Assembly: GCF_009914755.1 (NCBI RefSeq)
Contig: NC_060946.1
From: the human T2T-CHM13v2.0 reference genome, Homo sapiens
Strand: one strand, 5' to 3'
DNA: 64,000 nt
Made by a program: the position numbers and the translations under genes. The number at the start of each line of letters is the position of its first letter. Position 1 is the stretch's first letter. Positions 1-11,305 of this stretch are shown here, piece after piece. The notes under the pieces are model-generated. The model saw only the letters and a list, made by a program, of their open reading frames with translations, did no database searches and was not told the origin of the DNA.

Positions 1-496
1 ATCTGTAACATTTTAAAAGCCACATCCTTTTTAGCAGGAAAAAAGGCTTCAATGAAAGGAATGAAATTGTAAGGGTGGAGACCTGGGCATCAATGGCTGA
101 CTCCACAGAATCCCATTGAGGGAGCCCCTCCCTGCCAGGGTCCCAGGCCCACCCTGCACATCCAGAGGCAAGAGGTACGTCCCTCATGGCCACCCCAAAG
201 TTGTCAGGAGCCCCAACTTCTGCAGAATCACCTCCCTGCCAGGAAAGAGAGCGGGGAGAAGCTGCAGTTGAGAAGATACTAAACAGGAAAGTCAGCGTTT
301 TAATTAAACAGGATTCAAAATTGATGGGAGAAAACAAGCATGGACACAATCATATTAACACAAGAATCCCGTCAGAGCCCCTGGCAAGGAAGCTTCAGTG
401 CACAACAACCACTGGGACGGGGGTTAGAGGACTCGCAGTGAGAGGCTGCCTTTCTTTGCTCAGTTTCTCCTAAAGTGTTGTGTGTGTGTGGATGGG

Positions 497-500
<4 letters not shown>

Positions 501-548
<48 letters not shown>
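501..548 (+). repeat. Compound microsatellite (TG)16(AG)8
   Basis: Read directly from the sequence. Confidence 0.95.
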
Positions 549-549
<1 letters not shown>

Positions 550-1099
550 TTCAAGGAAAATATGTGTGTGTGTGGTGCTGTGTGTGCATTGGGGCATGAA
601 TGCTTGCATGCATGAGTTGTGGGTGAGTGTACGGCTGGGGACAGTCCACATCCCTTCACCTCCCTGGACCAGGCCTCAAGATGAAGGGATGATGCTTCTT
701 CTCCCTGGTTGCTCAATCTGACTTGCAGGCCCTCTACTGGCTCCTCAGAAAAGGGTCTCCAGCGCCAAAAGAATCTCCTGGGGTGCTCAAGCCCCCAGCC
801 CTATGCAGGATGGAGAATATCTTGTGAGTTCCAGAGGAGGGGTTCTATTAGTCGTGTGCACGAACCTGCAGGAAGGCAGAGCTTGGGGTGGTGCTGTGGC
901 AGCTACCGGCAGGGGCCAGAGCCTCTCCAGGCAGCAGGGCCATCTGGACATCCTGGACTGGGGAGCGTATCTCCTGGGCTGTAGAGGGAGGTGCAGAGGG
1001 GACATGACTAGGAGGGTTGGAGATGGGGAAAGTGTCCTTGTGTCCTTACAAGGCTCATTTTCCCCCCATCCTTTGCTTGTTATAGGAGTGAACCTGTCT

Positions 1100-1175
1100 T
1101 GCAGATGATCGTTGACTATGCAGGTAAAATAGATTGCGATCATTGTCATCCTGCTCAGAAAACCCACCTGGATAG
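1100..1175. mobile_element. Degenerate L2 LINE fragment
   Basis: gatcattgtcatcctgctcagaaaaccc resembles the L2 consensus gatcatgtcactcccctgcttaaaaccc. Confidence 0.35.
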
Positions 1176-1956
1176 GACCAGTCCTGGGACTGGGAGCCCG
1201 GAGACGCCACTGAGAGCCGGTCCTGCAGGGACTCCAGGGAGATGAACCAGGAGATGGCTCAGCAAGGACCAGGCAGTGGCAGAGGTGCCCGAGTAGAGTG
1301 ATCGTGGGGCAGAGGACTGAGGGAAAGTGCGTGCCTGTGCCTGGCAGTGCCGCCCCAGGTGGAGGAGGAGCCCTCAGGGTGGTGGGCTTCCGATGAAGGG
1401 TGACTCTGCTGGGGTCTGAGGCTGTGCTCCCAGTGGACTCAGGGACCCCACTGCACAAGCCCGATTTTGGGTAACAGGGCACACCTAGGGAACAGGCCCA
1501 GAGCACCCTCTCCTTGGAATAAACTCCGGATCCAAGTCCCAGAACCCACCTTAGGAGGCGTCTGCCGCCCCCGCCCCCTCCCCAGCCTTCCAGGCCCTGG
1601 CTGCGGTGGATGGGGGCGCGGAAGGCCCAAGTGCGCGAACTTCACCTGGCCCGGCCGTCCTCCCCGTGGGGGGCCCAGGCTGCGGGCGCGTCAGGCCGTC
1701 TCTGTCGCCATCCGGAGGAGCGGCTTGGGCGCCGCGTCCCCTCTGCCAGGCCCGGGTCGGCGGGCGGCTGGAGCCCCCAGCGGTGGCGGGCGCGCGCCTC
1801 TCTCGCGGATGCCGGGGCGCGCGTAGCCGGGGCGCGCAGTGACGCCCAGAGCGGGGCCGGCGTCCCCCTGGCGGGCCGGCGCGGGGTCGGCGGGCGCGGG
1901 CGCGAGCGCGGGCGGCGCGGGCGCGGCGCGGGGCGCGGTGGGCCGGGGCCCGGGCG

Positions 1957-1974
1957 CGGCGGCGGCGGCGGCGG
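1957..1974 (+). repeat. (CGG)6 trinucleotide repeat
   Basis: Six perfect CGG units directly followed by AGGATG. Confidence 0.9.
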
Positions 1975-1977
1975 AGG

Positions 1978-2040
1978 ATGGCGCGCGCGGGGCCCGCACG
2001 TGGAGGCCGGCGCGGGGGCGCGGGCAGGGCCGGCTGCTGA
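1978..2040 (+). other. Upstream ORF (20 aa, MARAGPARGGRRGGAGRAGC), out of frame with TAFA5
   Basis: AGGATGG context (A at -3, G at +4). TGA at 2038-2040, 38 nt before the main ATG. Only relevant if the TSS is upstream of 1978. Confidence 0.55.
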
Positions 2041-2078
2041 GACGCGCTGCTGCCCCCCGCGCGGGCGCCGCGGCTTCA

Positions 2079-2190
2079 ATGGCGCCATCGCCCAGGACCG
2101 GCAGCCGGCAAGATGCGACCGCCCTGCCCAGCATGTCCTCAACTTTCTGGGCGTTCATGATCCTGGCCAGCCTGCTCATCGCCTACTGCA
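2079..2190 (+). CDS. TAFA5: TAFA5/FAM19A5 first coding exon (N-terminus with hydrophobic signal/anchor segment); 112 nt, phase-1 donor
   Basis: ATG at 2079 translates to MAPSPRTGSRQDATALPSMSSTFWAFMILASLLIAYC, which I recognise as the TAFA5 isoform-1 N-terminus. It is followed by GCA|GTGAGT (donor at 2191) and lies in a CpG island. Confidence 0.95.
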
Positions 2191-5100
2191 GTGAGTACCG
2201 CGCGGCCCCGGCCCCGGCACGGCCCTCTGGGCCCCGGACCCCCTCCTCCGGCCCCGGCAGGCGCCCCGCGGGCCTCCCGGAGTCGGCGCGGAGTTACGAG
2301 CGCCGGGCGCATGGTCCCCCGAGTCCCGGCCGGTCCAACGCTGCGCTGGGCGGGCGAGAGGGTCCACCCGGGTTCCGGGCGCTCGAGCACTTCGGGGTCG
2401 GACGCCCCGGCCCGAGCCTCCCTTCCCTGACTCCCCGGCAGGGCCCGGGCTCCAGGCCCCGGGTGGCGCGGCCCGTCCCTGCCCGGCGGTCGGAGCCCAG
2501 CCAGCGGCTTCCCGGCCGAGATGCGCGCTCAGGAGGCAGCCGCAGGTCGCGGAGGGCGGGCGGCGCTGCCGGGGTGTCTGCGGAGCGCCCTCCCCGTGCC
2601 TCAGCCCGGGACAAGGGGGGAGGCGGCGGCCGAGCCCGGAGAGGAGCTCTTCAGGCAGGAGCCCAGCCTGGGCTCGGAGGAGCAGCTGGAGCTTCCGCTT
2701 TCCCGGGAAACGGGCTCGTCAGGCGCCTTCTGGAAAGAGAAGCGAAGTGAGGGATGGGATGCCCGGAGGGGGCTCGCCGCGGCCGCGGACGTTTCTCGGG
2801 TCGTGTCTGGGGCCCGAGCTGGTGACCGGCGGGACTGGCGCGGGCGCGGGCTGGGGTGGTGCGGGCCAGTGGGCGCCCGGGCGTGAGCTGAGGGCTGGGG
2901 TAGGGGGTGACCGCCGCGGGCTCCCTGTTGCCTGGAGTGAAGGGTGGGGGGTGGCCTGTGCCCCTGCCGAGGCTCCAGGCGGGTGGAATGAGGGGTGGTT
3001 GGAGTCCCGGGTGCAGACTCCAGCCTCGGCGCTGGGGAGGGTGCTCAGCATCCCGGGGCACGTTCGCGGCTGGTGGGGTAAGTGGGGGCCGCTCAGCGTC
3101 CCGGGCACAGGCTCTGGCCCCAGATGGCGCGGGCTGGTCGGCTTCAGCTCCGGGAGCTCCGGGCTTCTTGTCTTCAGCGGGAGAATAGGACGGGTGCTGG
3201 GGAGCACCTGTCATGGAGAATTGCCATGGGCGCGGGAGGTGATGGAAAAATATGGATTCTTTACAAAAAAAAAAAAAAAAGGCCAGCACCGAACCTCCCT
3301 CCACAGACACCACCTCCTCCAGAGCCCCGGGCCTCCAAGCTCCCAGTCCGATCTGATCCTTCCGCTGTCGCCAAAATGAGAGCACAGTGGCCCAGGGAGA
3401 CCCGGGCAGCCGCGGGATCGGCCTCCGGAGTCCTGGGACAGCCCAGCTCGCCAGGATCGCAAGGGAAACCCGGGGACCAGAGCAGGAATTTTCCTACTTG
3501 CTTCAGCGCGGTTATGCATTTCCCTAGAAATGCTGTGGCACCGAGCGGGGAGGGGTCGCCAAGCCTGGGGGTCTCAACCCGAGCTGCCCAGGCAGACGAG
3601 GCCACCGTGGGTGCGCCGGCGCCCCTGGGAACTCACTGGCTGGCCGCCTGCAGGGAGCAGGGTCTGGGGGTTTGAGCGACATTTGTGCCTGCCCCCGAGT
3701 TTTCCGCGGCCGTCACGGGGCCTGCAGGGGTATGTGGGGGGATTCCCTAGAAGATCCCCAAGCAAGGCTTCCTAGGAGATGTAGAAAGGGTTAATGGCAG
3801 GTAAACTCTGTGCGGAAGAGGAGGCATTTGAATGCACTTCCTGGTGGCATCACCCCAGAGGAGAGGAGAGAGAGGAGAGGAGAGGGAGAGGGGGCTCATT
3901 CAGCAGTGTTTGGGGAGGGGCTGTAGTGCCCTGAGCCCACTACAGGCGGCCCATCCCTGGCTGGCTGCTAGAACCCAGGACAACACCTCACCCCCAACCC
4001 CCAGCAGCTCAGCAGGTGTGGAAAAGAACAACTGCTAATTGTTGCGAAGTACTTGACACCAGGGCCCTGTGGCTTCAACACCGCACTTCCCGAGCCCGCG
4101 AGGAGCGCGGTACACACTGTCTCAAGACACGCAGCGTCAGCCCTCTCCCACCCTGCGCTGCATCCTGAATCCTAAGGTGTCAGCACGTTGTTCATCCGGA
4201 CGGGCTCACACCTTCCTGAGACTGTCGCCTGCTCTGCCGAGTGGAGTCCTGGTGTCCCAGCACAGACATCTGAGCCTGCTGCTTAGACACGCTGAGGATG
4301 GGAGATCTGGTTTCCACACTCATCCCTCCTCCTTAGGAGGCCTCCCCAGCGTTCTGGAAACAGCCTTTCGCCAGGACAAGGACAATTGGTAAGAAGGTCT
4401 TACCAGAGTAGCAGAAATAATTAATAACAGAAGCTTGGGTGAAGCACATTTTTTATGGCTGTTTCCATCTCCATGTAATGGAATAATTGACAATAAGAGA
4501 CACACCCCATTACACCAGAAATGTACTTGGAGAAATTAAAACATTTCACTAAAATACAAAATAGACATAATAATAATTTATAGCTTGGAACTGCAGTCCT
4601 AGAGAAAAAAAATCCCCCCCCCTTTTTTCAGAACCGATAAAGCAAATTAAATGCAAATTAAACAGTTCCTAGGATTTTCATTCTTTCTTCCAATAGATCT
4701 GGGATGAAGAAGAATAGTTCGTATTCTCGTTTGTAAATTGTTTTTGTCATCAGTAAGGATTTTTATTACTCAAAATGTCTTTGTGTTATGAAGCAGATAT
4801 ATTTGTATCATATTAATTAGGGAAACTGATAAGTATCATACAGCGTTCAATTATCCTGCCTATTAAATCTGTGTGTTTCTCTGCAACACATAAGGTGCTG
4901 GCTTCCTAGTGCAGCTAGGAGGAAACTGGATTCTTTCTTGGCCTGGTTTTCTGTTGGGGGGATTCTACTGTTCTTGGCCCAGTGAGAGTCCGGCCTTCTT
5001 TCTTTCTCGTGTGCTGGGATCCATATAGAAGGAGATGGGCTCCACCGTCTGGCCGGAGAAAGACCTGCAGTCCACCAATTAGGCTAGTTGCTATAGTGAC

Positions 5101-6275
5101 ACAGCCTTGTCATTTTCTCCTCCTGGGGAAGAAGTGCCAGGAGACGCAAACAGGGGAAAGGGGCCCTGGATGGCTCACTTTAAAATGCATGCTCGGTGGT
5201 CTGCGACCATCACGGTGACAGCAGGCTTGGTTTCCTCCGCGGCCGGTGCTGCCCATGAGGGTTGTTGGATGGTTGGTAATAAGTTGACTTGCATGATGAT
5301 GAGCTTTGATGGGGAAGTTGAAGCTCTTCTCCATTCTGGTCTGAGGAAACCTCTCTGGGTGTGGCTTAAAAAGAGTTGATATAGGTTGTTTTCCCCTTAG
5401 CGTATTTGGAGTAGAGAAGTCTGTCTGCCTAGATGTGGTTCTTGCCTAGATGTGGAATGGGACCTCTTGACCCAGCTAGAGCTGGTTGAGGGTGTTCTGT
5501 GCCCGCCGCTGAAGATGTGATCTTTCCACCCTGGCATCTAGGATAGAACAGCAGCAAGGGAGAGAAGCAAATGAGGACCTGGGGCAACTCCCTATGACAC
5601 CTAAGCACTGACTCGGTCCTTGTGTGCAGCGTTGAAATCAAAGGTGAAGGACACTCTGCACTAGCCTAGATTCCATGTGCCCTATTCAGCACGAGCAGGT
5701 GGATGGTGGGGACCCAGACTATATTTCAGCGTACCAGGGAGAGTGAGGAAGACAGACAGGTTCACTATGTGCTGGACATGGAAATTTCCAAATAAATCCC
5801 GTCAATATTGAGCTGTACCTTCCAGTTAAATCTCATGTCCTCATCTATAACTATGAGAAGAAATTACAAACAACTTTGGAATTGTTTTGAATCCATTAGA
5901 ATCCTAACTGAGCGTAGGCACTGTAGTGTTGCATTTCCTTTATAAATACAATTTATTGCATATTTAGGAGCGATTAGAATATGTTACTTTCCTGCTGTTC
6001 AAATTTTGTTCTGGAGTTCTCGAAGAGGTAAAATGGAAAACAGTGGAGGCTTAATGAAGTGGTGCCGTTCAGAAGTTTATTTCTCATCTTTTTTTGAAAA
6101 AATTCTCACTGTGTTTTTATTTGATGAATTTGGGGCACAAGAAGATGGGATGTTTGTTTTTTTTCAGCTCCATAAATATAAATTATCTGTCTCTGGGATT
6201 TCTTTTAGCCGACATCCATGCCCTAGGCTCAGTGAGGAAGAGGCAGGTTTGTCCCCTCACAGGATTTTCCCACGC

Positions 6276-6329
6276 AGGGACCCCTGGGGGAAGGGACTTC
6301 CGAAGGGACCCCTGGGGGAAGGGACTTCC
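6276..6329. repeat. 28-bp-period tandem duplication (2 copies)
   Basis: agggacccctgggggaagggacttcc at 6276 and 6304. Confidence 0.85.
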
Positions 6330-8707
6330 CAGCGGCTCTAGACAGTGCCCTGGAGAGCCGCATTTACTCCTGGTGATCCTGGCGGTGCCCCACTGTCCCC
6401 TCCCACCTTCCACCCCTGCTCTTTCACTGAGATAGGGCCAGAAGGGGGGTCTCCACTCTTCCACTGTCCACACAGGTGTCCCTGCTGGACCTCCCTGAGG
6501 CCAGAGGACACTTGAACCCAAGAAGGAGGCTCCACCTGATGGGTCTCTTCCATACCAGGCTCCCCAGCTAAGTTCTGCCCCAGAGTTCTGAGCTCAGGAT
6601 CTGCCACTCGACATGCTCGGAATGAAATATGTAGATCAACTTTTGTGGCATGAAGCATTTTCAGGTGACTTTTATGGGCGTAATTATGGGAAAATGTTAT
6701 GATAATGTGGCACTAGAAAAGGGAAGAAAAGCAAAACATTAAAATCCCCATTTCTTTATATAGGCTCGCATCTGCGCCGATTTAGAAGGGCTCCTTTTTG
6801 CATTAAAATGTGGCGCTCTGGAGTTAATGACCTCTACAGATTGCCACCTGTCACCCGGAGCACTGTCAGCGATGGTCCAGCCCCAGCATTCAGGGTGGAG
6901 ATGGACAAGGAGGACCAGAATCTGATCAGGTGGCCGGAGTGAGCACTGGGGTGTGGAAAGCCCTGTAGATTGATGACTGTTTGTTAGGAGAACTGTCCTT
7001 GAGGCTGTGTCAGGGGCCTGTGTTGGTGCAGATGCAGGGGGCCCATAGCGTCTGGTGTGTCTCTTCTTAAATGCTGCCTTGCACATGGTCCTGGGGCTTC
7101 TCCACTGACAAGGGCCCCCTGATCTGCCCCCAGTGTGGATGGTTTCTGTGGAGGCCCTGGATAGGCCTGGAGCCCAGGAACAGCAGCTCCAGCCACCCTG
7201 CTCCTCCCTTCCGGACTTCTCCGCCCTAGAATGTGCTAAGACTCACGGCAGCAGCACAAGCTGCCTCGGTGCTGGGCTTTCCAGAAGCGGGCCTGGCAGC
7301 TGGCAGCAGATCTGGGCGACTATTCTCGTCTCTCCTTCACCCCGGCGAATGTGGTAGAGGGCTCCCTGAGGCTTTGTAGCGTTTACTTATTTATTAAAAT
7401 GGCTGGCAGGAATCGGGTGTGGAATTACTTTTATCTCCAACTAGGCGAGCGGGACTCCTCTGGAATCCCCTGGTCCTCCTGGCTCCAGGGAGGCTGAGTT
7501 CCAGCTTTGTATGCCAGCAGCATCCTGCGGGACGGTGGGTCTGGGCCCAGTGGGATGGCAGCCCCGCAGTGATTCTCCCTGGAAGAGGCCTCCCTGTCCC
7601 TTGGCGTGTCACCTGCCATGGGGTGAGCCTCCGCTTTGGAGGGGCCTGGCTCTGCGGGTCTCCTTCCAGCACTGCTCGAAGGAGGCAGGAGTGGTGGAGC
7701 TGGCTGCAGGCTTGCGGGTGAAGCTGGAGACGTGGCTTCCAGGGTATTCATTTAATTAGTCTTGGGTGAGCTCTAGCCATGCGCCAAGCCCCGGGGGCAG
7801 AGATGGTCACTCTCCTGGAGCTGACATTCCAGAGGGGAGGGGACAGTCAGTCGGCACAAAGCAAAGGCCGAAGATGATGGGGGAGCAGCCTGGGCTAGGC
7901 CCCTGTGTTCTGGTGGGTTCTTCATGCTACCCTTCTGTGTCCCAACCCAGCCGCCACCTCAGAATGTCAGGGACCTCCCAGAGGTGGTGAGAGGCAGCCC
8001 AAGATCTAGCTCTGGATCTGGTTTCCATCTGGGGAGGCTCCTCCATCCTTGTTCTCCCTTCCCTGGGCTCCCTGTGCCCCTGGCCCTGCACCCAGCCGGC
8101 ATGTCCATTCGTTGTCCCAAAGACATCTTGCCCGTCCTCTCTCTGTCTGGGCTGCCGTCACTTGAGACCTCACACCTGCTCTCCCTCCTGAATGTAGCAG
8201 CGTCATCCTCAGTGGCTTCTCCGCCTCCAGGCCCCTGCCCTGAACCATAACTTCCCTTGGAAGAACCTGGCTGCCTTCGACCCTCCTCCCCGGCTCTCAC
8301 CCTCTCCCCTGGCTCACCACACTCAGGGCGCCCAAAGCTGAGCCCTCCGGCCCAGATGGGAGTCTCCATCCCTCTGTCCAGCCCTGGAGTCCAATCCTGA
8401 GAGCAGCCTCCTGCCTACAGGGCCTTCTAGAAGCTTCCCAGGAAGCTGCTTGTGCTCATTCCTCTCCCACATACTCCGGATTGGACATAGGTGCTGTGGT
8501 GCTCCTATCGCCCGTGAAGGCCCGGCTTACTCCCTAAATGCAGTGGATGCAGGAAGGCATGGTGAGCTAGGCCAGAAAGTGCCCACCTCATGTCTTAGAG
8601 GATCCCCTGCTTCCTGAGGCATCCCCTGAGCATGCATCCCCATCCCCTCTCCAGTGCTGTGCGTGTGTGTTGTGGTGGCCACTGTCGGGGTCACTTTCTT
8701 CCTTGTT

Positions 8708-8910
8708 TTGGGCTGTGAGCTTGGGGCATGGCTGCTGGCCTCGGGGGACTGACTGTGGGCTCTCTGGACAGATGCTTTTGGTCACGGCATCTGCTGGGCA
8801 GTGAGCTGTTGGGCTGTGAGCTTGGGGCATGGCTGCTGGCCTCGGGGGACTGACTGTGGGCTCTCTGGACAGATGCTTTTGGTCACGGCATCTGCTGGGC
8901 AGTGAGCTGT
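8708..8910. repeat. Perfect 101-bp tandem duplication
   Basis: ttgggctgtgagcttggggcatgg...gggcagtgagctg repeated identically at 8708 and 8809. Confidence 0.95.
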
Positions 8911-9972
8911 ACGGTGAGGCAGCCACAGGGAACCTCCCAGCTCTCAGTGGGCTGAAGCTCCAGAAGGTCACGTGGATGTGGAAACCCTTCTATACAATGA
9001 TGTCAACCCTGCAGGCAGAGGAGCCAGGGGAGTCAGGGACGCCTGACCAGCTGTGGGGGACAGAGGAGGGCCCACTTGTGGTAGGCGATGTCTTCTGACG
9101 TCACCCACTCCACCCAGAGCTGGGCACAGAGGGGTCTGGCTCTACCTCTGCTGGGACTGCCTGCTCGTTTAGGGCGCTGTGTGGTCCTGGTTTGCAGGTG
9201 CACCGCAGGGAGAGTTGTGAAGGGCAGGCGGGGTGGTCCAGCCATCAGGGGCCCTGGTTTCCTGGGGGTTAACGGCGTAGGCTGTGCCACCTAAAGGCAC
9301 ATGCAGGAATCTGTCGCCCACAGCATCTTCATGCTTGGTTCAGGATCTCTGAATGAATATAGGAAAGAAAATACAGAGAAAGCAATACCACTAACACAGT
9401 AACAGGCTGCTGTGCTTGCATTTCACCTTCCAGAAAGAGGCTTGGCGCCCCCTCACCTCCCAGCCACCAGGGGAGGAGCTGCTGGACTGGAGGCCCCCTC
9501 CTTATGGGGAGCGGTGGGGCTGGTCCCGCACAGGGACTGCAGGCCTGCCTGCCTGACTCCAGGTCTGGGCTTCCTCCCGGTGCCAGCTCCACTCCCCACG
9601 GGCTCGGGGCTCCCCAGCAGTGGCCCATCCATGGAAATCAGCCCTGCCAGGGACCATGGCCCCGTTCCGCCCCCGCCTGCGGTGTTCCAGGCCGCGCCTC
9701 CCTCCTTCCCGTATGGGCGGACCTTGCCCTGGGTGGAGGGAGGACGCAGGGAGGAGAAGCCGGGGCCTGCGGTCCCACGGGGCCCGGCAGGGTTCTTCCA
9801 TCTTCAGGGATGCTCCGCAGCCTCGCTGCTGGTTTCTGGGCCAGCCCCTTGCCCCTGTTTCTGCACTCGTAGAACAGCTCTAGAAAAGACGGCATTTCCG
9901 CCTCAGCGCAGCCAAGAAGCTTGAAAGACAAGACTGGAGTGTCCAGTGGCCAGGGGTCATCAGTCTGGGTTT

Positions 9973-10845
9973 AGGCCTGGGGGCGGGGCTGAGGCCTGGG
10001 GGCGGGGCTGAGGGTCAGAGGAGTAGCTGGAATCCTGGGGGCGGGGCTGAGGCCTGGGGGCGGGGCTGAGGGTCAGAGGAGTAGCTGGAATCCTGGGGGC
10101 GGGGCTGGAGGCCTGGGGGCGGGGCTGAGGGTCAGAGGAGTAGCTGGAATCCTGGGGGCGGGGCTGAGGCCTGGGGGCGGGGCTGAGGGTCAGAGGAGTA
10201 GCTGGAATCCTGGGGGCGGGGCTGGAGGCCTGGGGGCGGGGCTGAGGGTCAGAGGAGTAGCTGGAATCCTGGGGGCGGGGCTGAGGCCTGGGGGCGGGGC
10301 TGAGGGTCAGAGGAGTAGCTGGAATCCTGGGGGCGGGGCTGGAGGCCTGGGGGCGGGGCTGAGGGCAGGGGCAGGTTTGGAGGCCTGGAGGCGGGGCTGA
10401 AGGGTGGGGTGGGGCCCACCTGGAGGCGGGGCTGAAGAGTGGGGTGGGGCCCACCTGGAGGCGGGGCTGAAGAGTGGGGTGGGGCCCACCTGGAGGCGGG
10501 GCTGAAGAGTGGGCTGAGGGTAGGAGAGGCTGCAAGCCTAGGGGTGGGGCTGCAAGCCTGGGGGCGGGGCTGAAGGGGCAGGGCTGGGGGCCTGAAGGCG
10601 GGGCTGAAGAGTGGGGTGGGGCCCACCTGGAGGCGGGGCTGAAGAGTGGGCTGAGGGTAGGAGAGGCTGCAAGCCTAGGGGTGGGGCTGCAAGCCTGGGG
10701 GCGGGGCTGAAGGGGCAGGGCTGGGGGCCTGAAGGCGGGGCTGAAGAGTGGGGTGGGGCCCACCTGGAGGCGGGGCTGAAGAGTGGGCTGAGGGTAGGAG
10801 TGGCTGCAAGCCTAGGGGTGGGGCTGAAGAGGCAGGGGCTGGAGG
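9973..10845. repeat. G-rich compound minisatellite (58/59-bp units, then 35-bp and 137-bp units)
   Basis: agggtcagaggagtagctggaatcc at 10011, 10069, 10128, 10186, 10245, 10303; cccacctggaggcggggctgaagagt at ~10415, 10450, 10485, 10622, 10759. Confidence 0.95.
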
Positions 10846-11098
10846 GCTGCTGTCCTCTTGCAAACTAAGTCTCCTGGATTCCAAAGATATCTTTGGTTCT
10901 AACAGTTTGATTAATAATAATAATATGTGGAATACCTGGGAAGAGCTCAGAATTGGTAGGTATATTTAGTAGGACTTTTCTCGTTGCTAGAGTGGAAAAC
11001 TCAAACCCTCCTTTTGGCCTCTTTTTCTGGACTTCTGCAGTGACAGCTCCCCAATCTTTGTTCTCGTTAAAGTTGCACTTGTTCCAATTTCTCCCAGT

Positions 11099-11305
11099 TC
11101 AGGGTTTCTCAGGGCAGCACTGGGGTCATTTAGAGCTGGGCCATGCTCTGTGGCAGGGGTCTGCCTGTACATGGCGGGGCTTTGCGAGCACCCCGGCCAC
11201 CCCCCACTTGATGCCAGGGGCCCCTCCTCCCAGTTGTGACAACCAAAGATGTCTCTGGACCTTGCCGCCTGACCCTGGGACAATCAGCCCACTGGAAGCC
11301 CTGCT
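11099..11305. mobile_element. MER20 (hAT-Charlie) DNA transposon
   Basis: cccagttgtgacaaccaaagatgtctctggac matches the MER20 core (cccagttgtgacaaccaaaaatgtctccagac); ~200 bp long. Confidence 0.75.

Larger units (their letters stand above)
1550..3750. promoter_or_regulatory. CpG island / TATA-less promoter of TAFA5
   Basis: Very high GC and CpG density, GC boxes, TGACG half-CRE at 1840-1844 and CACGTG at 1997-2002. Spans exon 1; boundaries are approximate. Confidence 0.9.

Noticed and set aside
1610-3675. Long overlapping ORFs across the CpG island (e.g. 303 aa at 1839-2750)
   Set aside because: Stop codons are rare in extreme GC. Only 2079-2190 matches a known protein, and it ends at a splice donor.
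6321-6330. NF-kB-like GGGACTTCCC in the 28-bp duplication
   Set aside because: A single short motif expected by chance in GC-rich DNA, with no supporting context.
8000-8460. Possible old L2 fragments here and near 6550-6640 and 58825-58920; MLT1-like piece near 34540-34660
   Set aside because: Similarity is too weak to call by eye; needs RepeatMasker.
9960-10763. 267-aa Pro-rich repeat ORF on the minus strand
   Set aside because: It is the translation of the VNTR; the 117-bp unit is divisible by 3. No ATG start or exon context.
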